NCBI RefSeq assembly: GCF_001194135.2
Contig: NC_068981.1
Coordinates: 84,334,471-84,371,642, forward strand
From: Octopus bimaculoides
Lineage: Eukaryota
Length of the DNA stretch: 37,172 nucleotides
Reading direction: 5' to 3'
Shown piece after piece: positions 1 through 10,772 of the stretch (position 1 is the first letter of the stretch; each line of letters starts with the position of its first letter). The position numbers and the translations under genes are program-made. Under the pieces are notes generated by a model. It had not been told where the DNA came from, ran no database searches, and saw only the letters and a list, made by a program, of their open reading frames with translations.

Positions 1-130
1 CAACAGACGAGGACAGGTGGTGTAAATAACAAAAGTATATATTAGTATGACGCTCGGGAATACGGAAAGTCTTTGACGTTTCGAGCTACGCTCTTCAACA
101 GAAAGAATACGGAGACAAGGAGAAAAACAC
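1..130 (-). mobile_element. Short interspersed repeat carrying a hammerhead fold (probable Penelope-derived / retrozyme-like), copy 1
   Basis: Aligns by eye with 855-1010 (gac(g/a)a(g/a)gacagg...attagt(a/t)tgac...gacgtttcgag(a)ctacgctcttc(a/g)acagaaag). Contains a hammerhead-like core on the minus strand. Confidence 0.6.
70..106 (-). ncRNA. Minimal type-I hammerhead ribozyme-like motif with A6U core variant
   Basis: Minus strand reads UCUUU-CUGUUGA-A-GAGC(GUA)GCUC-GAAA-CGUC-AAAGA: 5-bp stem I, 4-bp stem II, palindromic ACGU in place of stem III, GUC cleavage triplet ending at position 75. Confidence 0.6.
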
Positions 131-179
131 GGAGAAAAAAAATTGAATAGTGTTCAGTCAACGGTCAATCATAATAATG

Positions 180-186
<7 letters not shown>

Positions 187-240
<54 letters not shown>
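187..240. repeat. (TG)n microsatellite
   Basis: Direct dinucleotide run. Confidence 0.95.
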
Positions 241-246
<6 letters not shown>

Positions 247-634
247 ATATATTCAGAACAGGTGTAAACAAACGGAGAGAAAACATATATGAAATGCACT
301 GAATGCATAGACAAACGGAGAACAATCACTGGTCAGAAATCCCTTATCAGTTATCGGCCTAAGTGACGAGCACAATTTCGTGTCATAATCGGCAATATCG
401 CATATACGCTGAAGGCCACCAGCAAGAGAACTTGCTGGGAATGCGACCAAAACGTGACAAAACATGACGGACAAGCAAAACGAAATAAATAAGTAGTATA
501 AGTGAATAGAATATGGCCTTAGGACCAGGCCAAGGCAACAAAAAATAATAATACATGTGTGTGTATGCGTGTGTGAGTGTGTGCGTGCGTGTGTATATGC
601 GTGTTCGTATGTGAGTGCGCGTGTGTCTATGTGC

Positions 635-822
635 GCTTATCCCCCATCACCGTTTCAGAGAGTCGGTGTTGGTTTGTTTATGACTCCTAAACTCACCGTT
701 TCAGCAAATGTGAGAGATAGAATAATTACCAAGCTTTAAATAAAGTACTAGGGTCGATTTGTTCGACTAAAATCCTGCAGGGCAGTGCTTCGGCATGGCC
801 AAATGACGGTAAAAAGTAAAAG
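635..822 (+). mobile_element. SINE family A, 3' part, diverged
   Basis: gatagaataattaccaagc...gggtcgatttgttcgactaaa...gcagtgcttcggcatggcc...aaaagtaaaag matches the tail of the 33431-33760 copy. Confidence 0.75.
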
Positions 823-854
823 ATTATATCTATATATATGTATTTATATATATA

Positions 855-1010
855 TAGTTCGAATTTACAGAAAACAAAAGACAAAGACAGGCTAGGGAAC
901 AACAAGCGGATGTATTAGTTTGACACTGGGGAATAAGGAAAAATTGTTCGACGTTTCGAGACTACGCTCTTCGACAGAAAGGATTGAGAGGAAGAAAACG
1001 TAGAGAGAAC
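855..1010 (-). mobile_element. Hammerhead-bearing short repeat, copy 2
   Basis: Homologous to 1-130 over more than 100 bp. Confidence 0.6.
947..980 (-). ncRNA. Minimal hammerhead-like motif, A6U variant, weaker stem I
   Basis: Minus strand UUU-CUGUCGA-A-GAG(CGUAGU)CUC-GAAA-CGUC-GAA; stem I is only 3 bp, including a U.G pair. Confidence 0.5.
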
Positions 1011-1085
1011 AAAAACTTTAATAAAATGGGAAAAAAATATGTGCGTGTGTGTTGTATATATATACATACATGCATATATATGTGC

Positions 1086-1086
<1 letters not shown>

Positions 1087-1149
<63 letters not shown>

Positions 1150-1763
1150 NNNNNNNNNNNNNNNNNNNNNNNNNNNNNNNNNNNNNNNNNNNNNNNNNNN
1201 NNNNNNNNNNNNNNNNNNNNNNNNNNNNNNNNNNNNNNNNNNNNNNNNNNNNNNNNNNNNNNNNNNNNNNNNNNNNNNNNNNNNNNNNNNNNNNNNNNNN
1301 NNNNNNNNNNNNNNNNNNNNNNNNNNNNNNNNNNNNNNNNNNNNNNNNNNNNNNNNNNNNNNNNNNNNNNNNNNNNNNNNNNNNNNNNNNNNNNNNNNNN
1401 NNNNNNNNNNNNNNNNNNNNNNNNNNNNNNNNNNNNNNNNNNNNNNNNNNNNNNNNNNNNNNNNNNNNNNNNNNNNNNNNNNNNNNNNNNNNNNNNNNNN
1501 NNNNNNNNNNNNNNNNNNNNNNNNNNNNNNNNNNNNNNNNNNNNNNNNNNNNNNNNNNNNNNNNNNNNNNNNNNNNNNNNNNNNNNNNNNNNNNNNNNNN
1601 NNNNNNNNNNNNNNNNNNNNNNNNNNNNNNNNNNNNNNNNNNNNNNNNNNNNNNNNNNNNNNNNNNNNNNNNNNNNNNNNNNNNNNNNNNNNNNNNNNNN
1701 NNNNNNNNNNNNNNNNNNNNNNNNNNNNNNNNNNNNNNNNNNNNNNNNNNNNNNNNNNNNNNN

Positions 1764-1815
<52 letters not shown>
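1087..1815. repeat. (TG)n and (TA)n microsatellites flanking assembly gap 1150-1763
   Basis: Direct. Confidence 0.9.
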
Positions 1816-1819
<4 letters not shown>

Positions 1820-2454
1820 GCATATATATATATATATTTATATACACACCCCAGTCTATCTATATAGCTACCTTTCTCTCAATACACACGTGCACACATA
1901 TACACACACACAAATACACATACGTACACATCTAAATGATTTGTTAAATGATACGGGTACAATATATTACATAGATTTATAAATGAGTATGTTCATATAT
2001 AACCTTTCATCTACCTAAATAGACAATCGTATGCTATGACCTCTGTAGAATAAAACATGCGAAAGGTTATACTTTATAGAAATTCCTGTTTGACCTGGCG
2101 CCTGATTTGGCAGCGTCACCTGTTATTAGTACGACACAGTTGAGAAAAAAAAGAACGCGCCCTTAAACTTTGCCCGCAAGTTACTGATCGTATCATCTGA
2201 CACGCTTAAATGTACATTTTTTTACTCTGTTGTTAAGATATTTATTTGTTTCGGAAACTTTATGTTAGAAATATGAAATAGGATGAGTGTCAAGGAGTAG
2301 AAAAGTACGTTGCCTACGAGACAAACATTACCATTGTTGCTTGAAGTCAAGATTAACGTACTCTGCTAATGTCTTTGAGCAAGCTGTAAATCTAATACAA
2401 ATAGATTTTATTTTCAGGTACTCATCTTTATGCCTGTATTTATAGATATGTACA

Positions 2455-2545
2455 TTATACCCCATAAAGGGGTTCGTCTGACCCTGCCAACTATCGACCT
2501 ATTGTACATGCTTCAAGCGTCTCTAAGATAATAGAGACGACATCG
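2455..2545 (+). mobile_element. Non-LTR retrotransposon RT fragment (CR1/L2/Jockey-like), frameshifted
   Basis: Encodes KG(V/R)-fs-SDPANYRPIVHASSVSKIIET, matching the conserved KKGDRSDPxNYRPISLTSxxSKxxE motif preceding LINE RT domains. Confidence 0.7.
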
Positions 2546-2787
2546 GTAACAACAGACACCAATACTTTGATTTGCTGCTCAGGAGATGCGAACTAGGATT
2601 TGATCAACTTTGGTTGAGTTAACTAGGTGTAGATATTTGATTTTGGAAGACACAAAACCCGTTAAGAACCCAGAAATATCGCTGATAATGTATTCCAGAC
2701 CATCTGTGCCCTAAAACGTCGAACTACATGTATAGATATGTATATATGTATGTGTATCTCTCACTCTCTATCTCTCTTTCCCTCTCT

Positions 2788-2789
<2 letters not shown>

Positions 2790-2851
<62 letters not shown>

Positions 2852-2983
2852 NNNNNNNNNNNNNNNNNNNNNNNNNNNNNNNNNNNNNNNNNNNNNNNNN
2901 NNNNNNNNNNNNNNNNNNNNNNNNNNNNNNNNNNNNNNNNNNNNNNNNNNNNNNNNNNNNNNNNNNNNNNNNNNNNNNNNNNN

Positions 2984-3043
<60 letters not shown>

Positions 3044-3125
3044 GGGGGGGAAGAGACAGAGAGATAGATTGTTAGATAGATAGATAGATATATAGATAGA
3101 CAGATAGATACATAAATAGACAGAC

Positions 3126-3161
<36 letters not shown>
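2790..3161. repeat. Compound microsatellite (CA)n - gap - (TA)n(GA)n(GATA)n
   Basis: Direct. Confidence 0.9.
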
Positions 3162-3162
<1 letters not shown>

Positions 3163-3174
3163 TGTGTTTATGTG

Positions 3175-3275
3175 TGTGTAGAATGCTCAGTCACTTACAT
3201 CTTACTTTGAGTAAACAGGTAACTATGTTAAGCGAACACCTGAAGCCACATTGTCGGAAACTGACGGAAGTCCTT
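3175..3275 (+). mobile_element. SINE family B, diverged 3' fragment
   Basis: gaatgctcagtcacttac...ctgacggaagtcc resembles ggagtgctcagccacttgc...cgacggagtgcc at 12390-12478. Confidence 0.45.
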
Positions 3276-3559
3276 ACATACTACTTTATGTACATAGGTA
3301 AATATATATATGTATGTGCATATAAGTATACATATATGTGTGTGTGTGTTTGTGTGTGTGTATACGTCTTCTGTGTCTCTTTCTACGTTTCTACACTTCC
3401 TCTTACATATCCCTCTCTCAATACCACCGAATTTTGTTACTTAGAGATTTACTCATCTGCATTTTTGAGGCTTCCATGATTTGAAAAAAACACAAAACTT
3501 CATTTGTAAATTAAAAAGAGGAACATTCCAAAATCAACGATATCCGAACTTTAAAAAAA

Positions 3560-4125
3560 AAATGACAAAAAAAATATGTACTTATAATGATATACTTCAA
3601 TCGGGAAAGAATTCAAGCACGAAAAAACTACAGTCAATTAAGACTAAGGTAGATGAATCACTTATTGAAGAACTTAAGACAATTAGATCACTAAAAATCC
3701 AAATAAATGGGAATATCCTCAAATGAAAAGCTCTGGAAATTGCGAAACAGAACGAAGAAAAGGAGCTTAAGGCCAGTAATGTGTGGTTAAATTCTTTCTG
3801 AAAAGAAATAATGTTAAATTTAAAACTCAAACTGGTACTGAAGTTGACGTGTCTGAAAAGGAAATAAATGAATTTCAGGATAAATTTAAAGACAAACTTC
3901 TTGAATATAATGCAGAAAATATCTTTAACACAGATGAAACTGCATTATTCTACAAAAAATTGCCGATTAAAAGTTGGTTTTCTTAACTATGATAATACAA
4001 AATTAAAGGAATCAAAAGATAGAATTACAATATATTTGACATGTAGTGCAACTGATAAGAAGTTAAAACCCCTTTTTATTGGAAAAAAGTCTTAAACCTC
4101 GTTGTTTCAAGAATATTGACATGTC
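3560..4125 (+). mobile_element. Degenerate pogo/Tigger (CENP-B-like HTH + DDE_1) transposase
   Basis: Pieces INGNILK*KALEIA...KASNVWLNSF*KRNNVKFK...YNAENIFNTDETALFYKKLP...SKDRITIYLTCSATDKKLKPLFIGK..KPRCFKNID match pogo-family motifs; contains stops and frameshifts. Confidence 0.88.
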
Positions 4126-4445
4126 GTGTAAATTCCTGCTCACCACGGTTTTGTAGTCTCCGTTTCAGCTGCCCATGTCACGTCTTACAGCTTTTATAGT
4201 GTTCTCAGTGCACTGAGCAGCAGTTGTGATGTTGGCATTTGGATACCTAGCATTTGGATAACATCGTGACGCAAGCAACTCTTTTACAATATTCAGATGG
4301 CTTCCATGTTCAGCTAAGTTTTTCTTTCAACTACACCATTAATCTTTATGCTCTCGAACGCCGTTGACTGTTCACCAATACATCAAGCTGTTTTTGAAAA
4401 AAGGAGACGTAAAGATCCTTAATTTTAGCCCGATCACTGTGTGTG

Positions 4446-4493
<48 letters not shown>

Positions 4494-5647
4494 TGTATAC
4501 ATGCATATATGAACACATACGTGTGTGTTTCCTATTTGACGCGACGTTTTTGAAAGAGAAGATCAAAAGTTTATTTTCTTTTTTTTATGTCCTCAGAACT
4601 GATTTATCCATTAATGTAGTTGATAACATTTATTATTAAATTATATTTCTCTATATACGCACCTCAGATTTACTTCATACCCTATCTCCTCTGTTGCGTA
4701 TCCTACAATATAGAACTATAATATATTTTTTCCAAGGCAGAAAAAAAATGCGACTCTGTGTACCGATGAATTCAATATGCCGCACCTATACGAACATTTG
4801 AAATCGAAATCTGATACACCTTTGTACTTAAGCTAACCTTATTGAATATCAAATTTCTTGTCTCCCTGCCTCTGCTTTTTTTTTTTTTTTTGTTTTTTTC
4901 NNNNNNNNNNNNNNNNNNNNNNNNNNNNNNNNNNNNNNNNNNNNNNNNNNNNNNNNNNNNNNNNNNNNNNNNNNNNNNNNNNNNNNNNNNNNNNNNNNNN
5001 NNNNNNNNNNNNNNNNNNNNNNNNNNNNNNNNNNNNNNNNNNNNNNNNNNNNNNNNNNNNNNNNNNNNNNNNNNNNNNNNNNNNNNNNNNNNNNNNNNNN
5101 NNNNNNNNNNNNNNNNNNNNNNNNNNNNNNNNNNNNNNNNNNNNNNNNNNNNNNNNNNNNNNNNNNNNNNNNNNNNNNNNNNNNNNNNNNNNNNNNNNNN
5201 NNNNNNNNNNNNNNNNNNNNNNNNNNNNNNNNNNNNNNNNNNNNNNNNNNNNNNNNNNNNNNNNNNNNNNNNNNNNNNNNNNNNNNNNNNNNNNNNNNNN
5301 NNNNNNNNNNNNNNNNNNNNNNNNNNNNNNNNNNNNNNNNNNNNNNNNNNNNNNNNNNNNNNNNNNNNNNNNNNNNNNNNNNNNNNNNNNNNNNNNNNNN
5401 NNNNNNNNNNNNNNNNNNNNNNNNNNNNNNNNNNNNNNNNNNNNNNNNNNNNNNNNNNNNNNNNNNNNNNNNNNNNNNNNNNNNNNNNNNNNNNNNNNNN
5501 NNNNNNNNNNNNNNNNNNNNNNNNNNNNNNNNNNNNNNNNNNNNNNNNNNNNNNNNNNNNNNNNNNNNNNNNNNNNNNNNNNNNNNNNNNCACTGAAACA
5601 AATGAGAGTTAAAACTTAAAATAAGATTGTGCCAAATTTTGAAACCA

Positions 5648-5650
5648 TTA

Positions 5651-5744
<94 letters not shown>

Positions 5745-5807
5745 GACAGATAGATGGATAAATAAACGGATAGACTGACCGATAGGTTGATAGATAAATA
5801 GATATAG

Positions 5808-5858
<51 letters not shown>

Positions 5859-5867
5859 TATATAGAC

Positions 5868-5898
<31 letters not shown>

Positions 5899-5907
5899 CA
5901 GATAGAC

Positions 5908-5983
<76 letters not shown>
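5648..5983. repeat. Compound (ATT)n then (GACA)n/(GATA)n microsatellite
   Basis: Direct; explains ORFs 4849-6093 and 5616-6017. Confidence 0.95.
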
Positions 5984-5985
<2 letters not shown>

Positions 5986-7384
5986 GTTGTTAGATTTAAA
6001 AGCAATGACAATAACAATATGAACAGGAAAACCAGTAACGACGTCCTGTTGATAACAGCACAAAGGAAGAGTAAATGAAAAAAAAAGGAACATTCTTTTT
6101 GTAAGATCTTCTCTTATATCCTACTATCCTGTTGTGGCGACACGGTTGTCTAATTATAAGTCGATCTACAGGTGCAAACTCGGAAGAAGTCATAAAATTC
6201 TACAAACATACTACTTACTAGTTGATAATAATATCAAGTGATAAACTCATTATAATTTTAACACGCTTTGATTGTATTGGAAAGGCAACAATCTAGCATA
6301 TAATCAAAATGTTTTCCTCTTTTGCTATGCATTGGTACATGTCACTATACTTGTTAAAGAATGATGGATTGCTTGATACTTATTTTCTCTAATCCTCAGT
6401 AACAATGTCGAACTTCTTTTTCATTTTACATTAGACTGCTCACTTATGAGTATTGCATTCGTTACAAGTTGTTGCTTTGCCGATAATTTTAATCTCATTT
6501 TTTGATTTAATTTCAAGCATAAATTCTGAATTACACAAATATATTAGACGAAAAAAAATGTGTGTGTATACATACATATAAATACACACATGCATACATA
6601 TAGACATATACACAGAGACATATATATATATATGCGTTTGTACACACGTTTTTATGTACGCATCTCACTATTTATAATAACCAACTTGCAACGATATATC
6701 ATCGTTTCCATTAGATTAATAATTTAATTTAATACTACATGAATGGAAGTAGATCATACACATTTTGGCAAAACGTATCACCCATGCAATTGATTATGTA
6801 TATGCTTAATTATATCTCCATCAATGTGTCTGTCATTATGTATTTTTGTGACAATCTTACATATATTTGTTAAATCTATTTCATTTACAGCTTTACTCTT
6901 CTACAGCTTCATTAACAATTTTACGTTCGAAAAGGAGAAGTCAAAAAAAAATAGCTGTTCAAGTACGTATGATTTGTGCCAGATGAACGTCTATCATTAG
7001 CAAAGTTTCAGGAAAATACATCTCACACACGTTATCAGTAAAACAGGTGTCGTCAGTATTTAATCTTTTATTTTGATACAGCCATAATATTTGGTTTGTA
7101 TCACAATATCAGTATATGCAGCATTGTCAAGTAAACCAAAGGATCATATGTTTAAAAAGAACCTCTCTTAATTAGAATAATTCTTAATTAATTTCATTAT
7201 CTATAAATGGTGTCATTCCAGCATGTATGTACATATTACAATCTAAGAATTATTTATCAGCATTGCTACACTCTCTTTCAAAAGGGTTTTAGTTTTAAGC
7301 AAAATATATGTAGAAAAGAAAACAAAACATGTGAGCTATTTAGCTACATCATCTTACGTCCGTTCCATTAATATATGGTGATTA

Positions 7385-7414
7385 TTGGTTGCATAATGCA
7401 AATTATGCAACCAA
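7385..7414. promoter_or_regulatory. Perfect 13-bp inverted repeat centred on an octamer motif
   Basis: TTGGTTGCATAAT-GCAA-ATTATGCAACCAA; ATGCAAAT at 7396-7403. The palindrome is certain, a regulatory role is inferred. Confidence 0.4.
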
Positions 7415-7976
7415 ATCTTAATATCAAATTGCGACATTCGCACGTCATCTCCTCTATAGTAAATGTGATCATTTTAATCCAGTAATGTTACGGCAAGGAA
7501 ACTGCGAAACTACTCCGTAAGAAATCTCCCGATTTCTTTGTCAACATATCGAAGCTATAGACAGATTCTATACATTAATATAATTAATAAGTGTTCACAG
7601 CTAAGACTTTATATAAATTTATTTTAGTGTTTCTGATTCTTGCCTTGTGGGTGATTTATATGTATGCCTGAATGTATGCATATATGTATATTTGCATGCA
7701 TGTATGTGTAATATACACAGAAATACCTATGCACATATAAAACAGTGTGGTAGTAAGCTTAGACCTGAACCATTACTGTCTTGTAGAAGGCGGTAGCAAT
7801 GCAGACAGAAAGAATATCAAATATAACAACAATTCCAAACATATCATAAAATCAAACGTACCAGTCGATATTTTAAACCTCAAAAAAATCTTTCCAAAAA
7901 TAAGGTTCTTTTTAGACGACAAGAATGAAATAGGAAAAATATAGCAAAGCGATATATTTCCTAATTCCGAAAATCG

Positions 7977-8181
7977 ATGTACACTACTTGCCATAAATAT
8001 TTCCAGCGGAAAGGTATGTTTGGTGAATATATTTATCGTATTAATACTGTTTAATAGCAAATGATAAAATTCCGTATCTTATTATTTTCATGCTACAAAA
8101 CTTGTTTCCAACAGCTGATAGGATGACTTTAAAGACTAACCGAAACGCCGCTGAACTCCGGCGGCCGGGCAGAAAACTCTG
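7977..8181 (+). CDS. Candidate first coding exons (7977-8013 and 8115-8181) of an unidentified gene or uORF
   Basis: AAG|GTATGT...101-nt AT-rich intron...TTTCCAACAG|; second donor CTG|GTATGT; in-frame upstream TAA; joined frame MYTTCHKYFQRKADRMTLKTNRNAAELRRPGRKL. No recognisable homology. Confidence 0.3.
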
Positions 8182-8672
8182 GTATGTGTGTGTCATCTGC
8201 AAAATTTCATGGTGGCGCAATAGTTTACGAATATACATTAATAAAGCCATTTATGGCTAATGGGTGTAGCAAAAAATAACGCCTGTATCTATCGTGACAT
8301 TTAGTTAATGTGCAAGATTCGCATGTTTCATGTGTGGCTGATGTAATTCTGATTTCAGAGAAAGATTACCGTTACATACACCTTACACTTTGAACGTAAT
8401 GTCAGATCAATGATGGATAACAGCAGTTTATTAAATATACACATATTGGCCTTATTGCTGAACAACAATTAAAATAAAGGTTACTTGAAAGTTATTTTAT
8501 TGACGATTAAAACTTTAATTCTTAGATACCTTAATGTAATTTCAAAATATTAACTCATATGTATTTTATAAATTTAAACTTCAGGATTAATAATGGTTAA
8601 AATTTGTTATTTTATTGACAATAAATGCTTATATGATATCATTTTCAAATCTTTCATGATCTTTCTTCAAAC

Positions 8673-8752
8673 GTGGTTGTATGGTAAGAAGCTTGCTTCC
8701 CAAGCATATGTTTCTGGGTCCGATCTCACTGCGTGGCACCTTGGGCAAGAGT
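8673..8752 (+). mobile_element. SINE family A, tRNA-like head fragment
   Basis: gtggttgtatggtaagaagcttgcttccc...actgcgtggcaccttgggcaag; CCTTGGGCAAG resembles the start of the CORE-SINE domain. Confidence 0.7.
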
Positions 8753-9049
8753 AAACAAGATAGACTGAGACAGGCAGAAACAAGGAAAATGCCACTTGTA
8801 TTTGAACACTATGCAAATATTCTTTAAAAAAAAAATTTTCTATTAATTTTTCCAAAATTTAATTGTTTTCTATTCTTACAGTTGAAAAAGTCTCAATGAC
8901 TGAAACCTGTATTGAAATGTTTTTTACAAAATTATTTTAGCTTTTTCTACCTGGACTTTTTTCCATATATATATATGAGGATATTATTAATAATATCAGT
9001 GGCTTAGCATGTGTAAAATACCCATAATAGTAAAAATTATATATTACTG

Positions 9050-9087
9050 ATATGTGTGTACGCGCGCGTGTGTGCGTCAGTGTGTAT

Positions 9088-9127
<40 letters not shown>

Positions 9128-9200
9128 GTGTGTGTATGTGTGTGTGTGTGTGTGTGTGGTGTCTGTGTTTGTCCCCACCATCACCGCTTGATAACCGGTA
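9050..9200 (+). repeat. (TG)n tract with short SINE-A internal fragment
   Basis: (TG)n followed by gtctgtgtttgtccc...cgcttgataaccg. Confidence 0.7.
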
Positions 9201-10030
9201 AAAGATAAAAGATACTGCTTGTCGTTTAACATAAAGTGGTCCGCATATGCATCGAAATCACAGCAATTCTTACTTCGTGTTCGAGATATTCACTCTCCTC
9301 CCTCTTGTCATTTTGTTTTGCCTCAACAAATTGCCTTATTCCCAAGTGATTCTATTTTAAATACCATAGTCTTCTGAAAGATATTGTGACAGTTTCTACA
9401 TAAAATCCTTCCAAGAATTACTAGCGTGCTCCACAAGGTTGGTACTATGCACACCCCTAGATGTGTTTGCAACACATCTCGTAGTGAAGCACGTATTTTA
9501 TCATCTTTCGTGGACATCTTTTCTCTGTCCAAAATCGTTCATTCTACTTTAAAAGAAAGTTGTCTTTAGAAGGTTTATGTCAGCTCACATCGAAACGCTA
9601 AAGCATGCACGTTAACAGAAATTCATGTAATTTCTGTGGGTATAATAATGTTTCGTAGATTCCTCACATAATCTGTTAAGAAAGATCTCAACAATACTCT
9701 CACTAACAAGCACTTTTCTTTTCACAACACATTTAGCTACCTATTCCACATAATATCAATTCAACTATTTTCATGAATGCAAACTAAAGCAGCTGACGGG
9801 AACTTGATATATGGCATCGTCTTTCATTTCAATATAATCGTTGATTTTAACATCGTTCCATTTTTAAAGCAGCTTAAGACAAAAGTGCACTTCACTGTTT
9901 TATGATCTGTATTTTATGTATGTAGAGGTGTGTATGTGTGTATGCTTGTTTATGTATGTATGTAAGTCAAGAGTGAACCTCACCGTTATACGATCTGTAT
10001 TTTATGTATGTGTATATGTGTGTATGTATG

Positions 10031-10073
<43 letters not shown>

Positions 10074-10090
10074 TTATTCATATATATGTA

Positions 10091-10772
10091 CAAGCAGCTA
10101 AACCCGGTTTCACCCGGCCTGTTTGGATGATGTGGCTGTGATCGTTTTCGGTTAGACATCATCTATAACAGCGTTTCTCAATTTTATCATTTTGGGTCCA
10201 CTGTTTCGATTGGGGCCTCTATCTGTGTGAAGATTTCATCAAACCCCTGTCGGAAAATGGCTTCAGGAGTTGTGAAGAAAGAATTTGTATGTAGTCTGTT
10301 TCTGAAAGCTATTCAATTGGACGTCTGTATAATCATTAAAACATTTTTTTAAATTATGAACATAGAAAGAAATTATATACATTAATCCCAATTTTTGTAA
10401 GTAGTTGTATCCGTAAAAATTTTATTTGCATAGAGCAGAAATTGAAAGATATATGAAATGGACGTGCGTGTGTGTGTGTATGTGAGAGAGAAAGAAGGTG
10501 AGAAAGAGTGACTGGCTGGCACGGCAAGTACGAAGCTTTTGAGGCGGCAGATGACCGGGGTGATTTGGAAGATATGAAGAAATGCCGTCTCTTCAGTGGA
10601 GCGCTTCTCTGTAGGCAACGTTTCTCGTTTTCCCTTCTGATGCACAAATGTATAGACTTCATAATGTTGACCGGGGGAGAACACTTGCTCTGTGAGATTT
10701 AAAACAAACATTTGCACTAATTGATGCTGTGCTTTATTTATTGCCATTGCAAAGGAGAGTTTGATAGAAAAG
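10091..10772 (-). mobile_element. Helitron 3' remnant with helicase C-terminal motif
   Basis: Minus frame FSIKLSFAMAINKAQHQLVQMFVLNLTEQVFSPGQHYEVYTFV (~10645-10772) matches the Helitron/PIF1 motif FP.RL.FAMTINKSQGQ...VFSHGQLYVA.SRV. Subterminal CCGG-GTGAAA-CCGG hairpin lies 9 nt before a CTTG|T end (one mismatch from CTAG|T). Confidence 0.8.

Noticed and set aside
335-400. Possible further hammerhead on the minus strand (CCGATTATGAC...GGCCGATAACTG)
   Set aside because: Core too degenerate (GATA instead of GAAA) and stems not convincing
3481-4125. Domesticated CENP-B-like gene
   Set aside because: Multiple stops and frameshifts, and truncated before the remaining catalytic residues
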